Shown piece after piece: positions 60,062-64,000 of a stretch of 64,000 bases of DNA (within the stretch, counting starts at the first letter, position 1; each line of letters opens with the position of its first letter). This DNA comes from Tubulanus polymorphus. Lineage: Eukaryota; Animalia; Nemertea. The stretch is from contig NC_134028.1 in assembly GCF_964204645.1 (NCBI RefSeq), positions 26,966,345 to 27,030,344 on the forward strand. Direction: 5' to 3'. Made by a program: the position numbers and the translations under genes. Under the pieces are notes generated by a model. The model had not been told where the DNA came from, ran no database searches, and saw only the letters and a program-made list of their open reading frames with translations.

Positions 60062-60322
60062 AAGGCGTGGATTTAGGGGGTGGTCTGGACCCCGGCCTGC
60101 CTTCCCATCGAGGTTGCCCTTTTTGTCGAGACAGATAGTTAAAAACCTGCAAATTTGACACTCATGCTCTTGGAAATTGCAACCTTTTGGATGCATTTCT
60201 TCAAAAATATCCAAAACTGATGGCAGAACCACTCGGAGCACCATTAGTCACTTGACTCCTTTATTTGAGAAATGATTATTCTTCTGGACCCCGGCGTTCT
60301 GATATTCCTAGATCCGCCCCTG
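60062..60322. mobile_element. MITE-like element
   Basis: aggcgtggatttagggg ... cctagatccgcccctg are imperfect inverted termini, with internal tctggaccccggc repeated. A similar ggatccgcccct end lies at ~8593. Confidence 0.5.
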
Positions 60323-61304
60323 ATCTGTAGGAGTATCTGAAATGACTAACACGGATATTTAAGACTCGCTACTGAAACTGTATTTGAGATAAACAATAAT
60401 TTATTCTGGACGGATATTTCATAAACAACAACATAATACAATCATATATCATTGGACTTGTATAATTAATGTATCACAGAATATAATTAGACCTCATTGA
60501 TCTTCATTAAAGCGCTTTAATAAGAAGTGCATTCAGAATTAAATCCAACTCGTTTTTCTGACTTAATACCATCGCTGCATAATGGAAATCCGTTCAACGA
60601 ACTTCAGGGGACCAAAAAATATGTTCAACATAACCATAATATGCAGTATGAAATCAATATTGTATCAAATACGAAGAATCTTAGTATTTGATACATGTTG
60701 ATGTTTGATACAAGTTAGATTGATGTTTAACTGTAATGAATTTTGGATGAACCCCATCCCTAAAATGCATAGCCTAACACAGTGTCACTAGAGTACTTTC
60801 AGTAACTTAAATCGCTTAAGATTACATATCCACTGGCGACACTAACACCTCAAACATTGAACTGCAATTACAAATTAGGTCGCGAAATAGGAAATAATAA
60901 ATGGAACTGATGCGATGAACGAGTAAAGAAATTTTGACTGTAGTTTGAATACTTTTAAAATGTTGACTTCATTTTTCTGCATCAACTATCAACTCGGTCT
61001 ATAGAGAGGTATATACATTATGTGTACACTACACGAAAAAGTATAAATCATTTATAGAAATAAAAAGATATGAATATAACAGAAAATTCACTATCATCGA
61101 ATGAAGCAAAGAGGAATATAAGAGGAATACGGTATATAATGTGGTTATATACATGTGTTATAAAATGTTTGTTTAGACTGAAGATAGAAGTACTTTGTAC
61201 AATAACTATCTATTTAATCTTTTGGCCGTTAATTATTCAGACAGAAATTCCTATATTGCAGCAGTTGCTGAGGACGGATTGTTGCGACATCCATCTCCTC
61301 GTAT

Positions 61305-61614
61305 TTACGTTTTCCCTCCATCTTCATTACCTTTATTTTCATCAGGTTTATTATCATCCTTCTTGTCATCGTCCTTCTTGTCATCATCCTTCTTGTTATC
61401 ATTATCATCATCCTTTTTCTCATCATTATTTGGTTTGTCCTTCTCATCTTCATCATTCGGTTTATCATCACCTTTATCATCATTCTTATCGTCTTTATTC
61501 TCCTCGTCATTTGTTGGTTCATCGTCATCTGAATCATCGTCGTCTTCATCCTTTTTCGGAGGTTCTTTTTCCGGTTGGTTTAGTTTCATGATCAAATCCT
61601 TCCACTTCAACCAT
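61305..61614 (-). CDS. Terminal exon of an unidentified gene whose upstream exons were not identified; Asp/Lys-rich tail
   Basis: Good acceptor tttttcttgacag, then WLKWKDLIMKLNQPEKEPPKKDEDDDDSDD...KKDDDKKDD...EDGGKT*. Confidence 0.6.
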
Positions 61615-61879
61615 CTGTCAAGAAAAATAAAAAACAATTATTCAAAAGTTAAAACAATTTCGTGATCAACAGTTTGTAATATCTGATTTGTATCGAGTAG
61701 TTTACAATTGCATTTAACATTGTTAAATTAATATTTTTGAATTACAACCTTTTCTTATTTCGTCTGGTAGAAACTGATTGATGTTTTATCAAGAGTTTAA
61801 TCTGCTCTCCTTACACAGAACACTCCCTTCCGTATTCATTATAACAGTGTGTACTCCGTACAGACAATAGATTCTAAAA

Positions 61880-62043
61880 TACAGTCAAATCTGCTTAATC
61901 CAGATTTGCTTCATCCTAATTTTGATCTTATCCACATACGCTCCAACGCATAAATATACCTAACGTGTTTATTAATTTGGACCATAAACTGAATGGATTT
62001 CATCAGTCCTAAATAATCTGAATTAAGCCGATATTATATTGTA
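61880..62043. mobile_element. Tc1/mariner (pogo/Tigger-like) MITE
   Basis: ta|cagtcaaatctgcttaatccaga ... tctgaattaagccgatattatattg|ta: degenerate TIRs with TA flanks. Confidence 0.55.
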
Positions 62044-62684
62044 TAGCTTATCTTTCAGCCCAGGAATATGCAGTATTCCAAAGTGTCCGTATTGTACACT
62101 AGCAAATAGACCTCAGTCTAGCGGGCCACTGGAGGATACATTATAGTCCGTTCCCCAATGGTATACAACACAATCACAACCAAATTGATTCTTACCATTT
62201 ATTCATTATCAAATATAAACATATCTAGAAATATAAATTTGTTATACAGCTTTTCTATTCTATACATTAATCGAAAAAGTACAACATTGAAATTAAAATG
62301 AAATTAAACATTATCTAATAACAATAACATAAAACAGAATATAAATCTATATTTCTATGTAGATATCACATTAATGCTATAATTTGGTGCAAGGATCATC
62401 CATTGAAGTAGTTTCTTTCTAATGGATTACAAGATAAGCCGTAAGATAATCTTAATTTATCCAATTTCTGTTTGATCACAGTTTGGCTAATGGTAATTCA
62501 ATCATTGATTCATAGAGATCAAATTACATTCAGCTTCTAACATGTGTTATGTAAGCAGCTTGTTTACAACAACCGTTTTTATCAGATTAGTTTCAAACTT
62601 TCAATTACCTGATATTACAGTATGTTCAAACTTACAATTGTAATTAGACTGAATATATTTGTAAACTTTTACTGCGTCATTTTA

Positions 62685-62913
62685 AGGGTGGCCACTGACC
62701 TGGGTTAAACTCTAGGAATTTCCAAAAACTTGGAAAATTCTGAGAATTTGGATAACGCTATTGAACATGCGTCTTGAACAATACGCGATTCAATGAAAAA
62801 TGGATGAATTGTTACATTTATAACCTGAAATTTTCTCAGATTTATTTAGGGGATATTTCGTGTAACCTTATGGACAAATCAGGGAAACCTAAGGGGGAAA
62901 GTGGAGCCACCCT
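62685..62913. mobile_element. hAT-like MITE
   Basis: Termini agggtggccact ... agtggagccaccctg, with gggaa/ggaaa subterminal repeats. Confidence 0.5.
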
Positions 62914-62979
62914 GATTTTGTAAGCTTCATTTTAAATTGAGTCTAAAAGACTGTTCTACCAAACAGTGTCATGCGCTAA

Positions 62980-63165
62980 CAGTCCGTGTCCTCGGCCCGG
63001 GCACAGGCTACCAGTCCGTGTCCTCGGCCCGGGCACAGGCTACCAGTCCCTGTCCTCGGCCCGGGCACAGGCTACCAGTCCGTGTCCTCGGCCCGGGCAC
63101 AGGCTACCAGTCCGTGTCCTCGGCCCGGGCACAGGCTACCAGTCCGTGTCCTCGGCCCGGGCACG
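62980..63165. repeat. 32-bp GC-rich minisatellite, ~6 copies
   Basis: Unit cagtccgtgtcctcggcccgggcacaggctac. Confidence 0.95.
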
Positions 63166-63349
63166 GGTCGGATTACGTCCCGATCGATCGCGTGATATAA
63201 GAGATTTTCGCCGGCCACGTAAACTCTCGACGTCCGGCTCCTCAGGCGGGGTCAGTTCTACTTTAGGCGCCGGGGAACCTTTGCCGGGAAACCTTCGTGA
63301 TACAAGATGCCAACGAACGTACATCAAACGTGATTTCCACACTAACCAT
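63136..63349 (-). CDS. Candidate alternative terminal exon of the same unidentified gene; basic tail
   Basis: Strong polypyrimidine acceptor ...aattcaccgtttag, then WLVWKSRLMYVRWHLVSRRFPGKGSPAPK...DW*. Same phase and a similar opening to the exon at 61614. Confidence 0.4.
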
Positions 63350-63699
63350 CTAAACGGTGAATTAAACAGAAAAATAAAAACAGAGAAACTAAATAAATAA
63401 CTCACATAACAAAACACAAAACATGCTCCTGTCTCCCATCAATCGCTACAGCTTGGATCCGTTGCTCTTAAGTTAGTTAGGCTAAAATTGATACCTCCTT
63501 TTTCTGCTGAGCTTAGATATTGACCCAACCGGCCACCTATCTATCTACCCTGTATATCGCTTGTCTTTTATATCATGATCAAGTAGTTAACCATAAGAGA
63601 CCTGCCAGTTATAGAAATTAACTCAAATTTTATTGCAGTTTACAAATGACACGGCTCATTAGGAGAAACAAGGTATCATTTTTGTTTAGATTAATCATT

Positions 63700-63841
63700 A
63701 GTTCCACAGTTGTGAGTTACGTAAGGGACTCATAGTTTAGATATTGAAAAGAACTATTTTTAACTGATTTGAATGAGTTAATTTTGAATCCAATTTTAAT
63801 TCAACCTGTGGAACTGGGGCCTGATACATAAATACTGGCTC
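63700..63841. mobile_element. Short MITE of the agttccacagttg-terminus family
   Basis: agttccacagttg ... caacctgtggaact inverted termini. Confidence 0.6.
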
Positions 63842-64000
63842 TGTGAAAATGCAGTTTTTATTGTCACCGTGTCACTTGTGTTAGGTTCATCTTAATAAAC
63901 TTTTAAGCAACTGATGCTGGTTGTTTGAGCGAGCTGATTTCATGGAGAGGCAGACTGCTCAATAAACACATACAAAGTAAATCTATGATAAGCCATGTTT

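Noticed and set aside
63400-63540. Minus-strand frame ...ATDPSCSD-TGA-WETGAC, resembling a CxxU selenoprotein motif or a third terminal exon
   Set aside because: The upstream acceptor is purine-rich and weak, I see no thioredoxin-fold context or SECIS element, and no consistent downstream frame.

Overview
This is eukaryotic genomic DNA, not prokaryotic. It is AT-rich with compact GT-AG introns; the gene content suggests a marine invertebrate, probably lophotrochozoan (inference). Genes reconstructed by hand from splice sites: the 5' part of an SLC49A4/DIRC2-like MFS transporter (-); two tandem, very divergent nicotinic acetylcholine receptor-like subunits (+, one alpha-type with YxCC, one non-alpha); three tandem zinc-dependent class-III-derived alcohol dehydrogenases (+); a small secreted single-domain VWC protein (-); a nucleoside hydrolase (+); an intronless PHYHIP-like gene with two relic fragments; a 1822-aa disordered/coiled-coil protein (+); a chymotrypsin-family protease (+); GRWD1 (+); and the 3' end of an unidentified gene (-). 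Many minisatellites, MITEs and tRNA-derived SINEs lie between and within them. The strongest novelty candidates are the receptor pair with an intact ACh site but a rebuilt pore, the ADH trio drifting from class III towards class I/II-type pockets with patchwork gene conversion, a four-motif LC8-binding scaffold, and a dispersed palindromic element with two outward-facing Pol III-like arms. Everything was read by eye, so exon borders may be off by a few bases, and no database searches were run.
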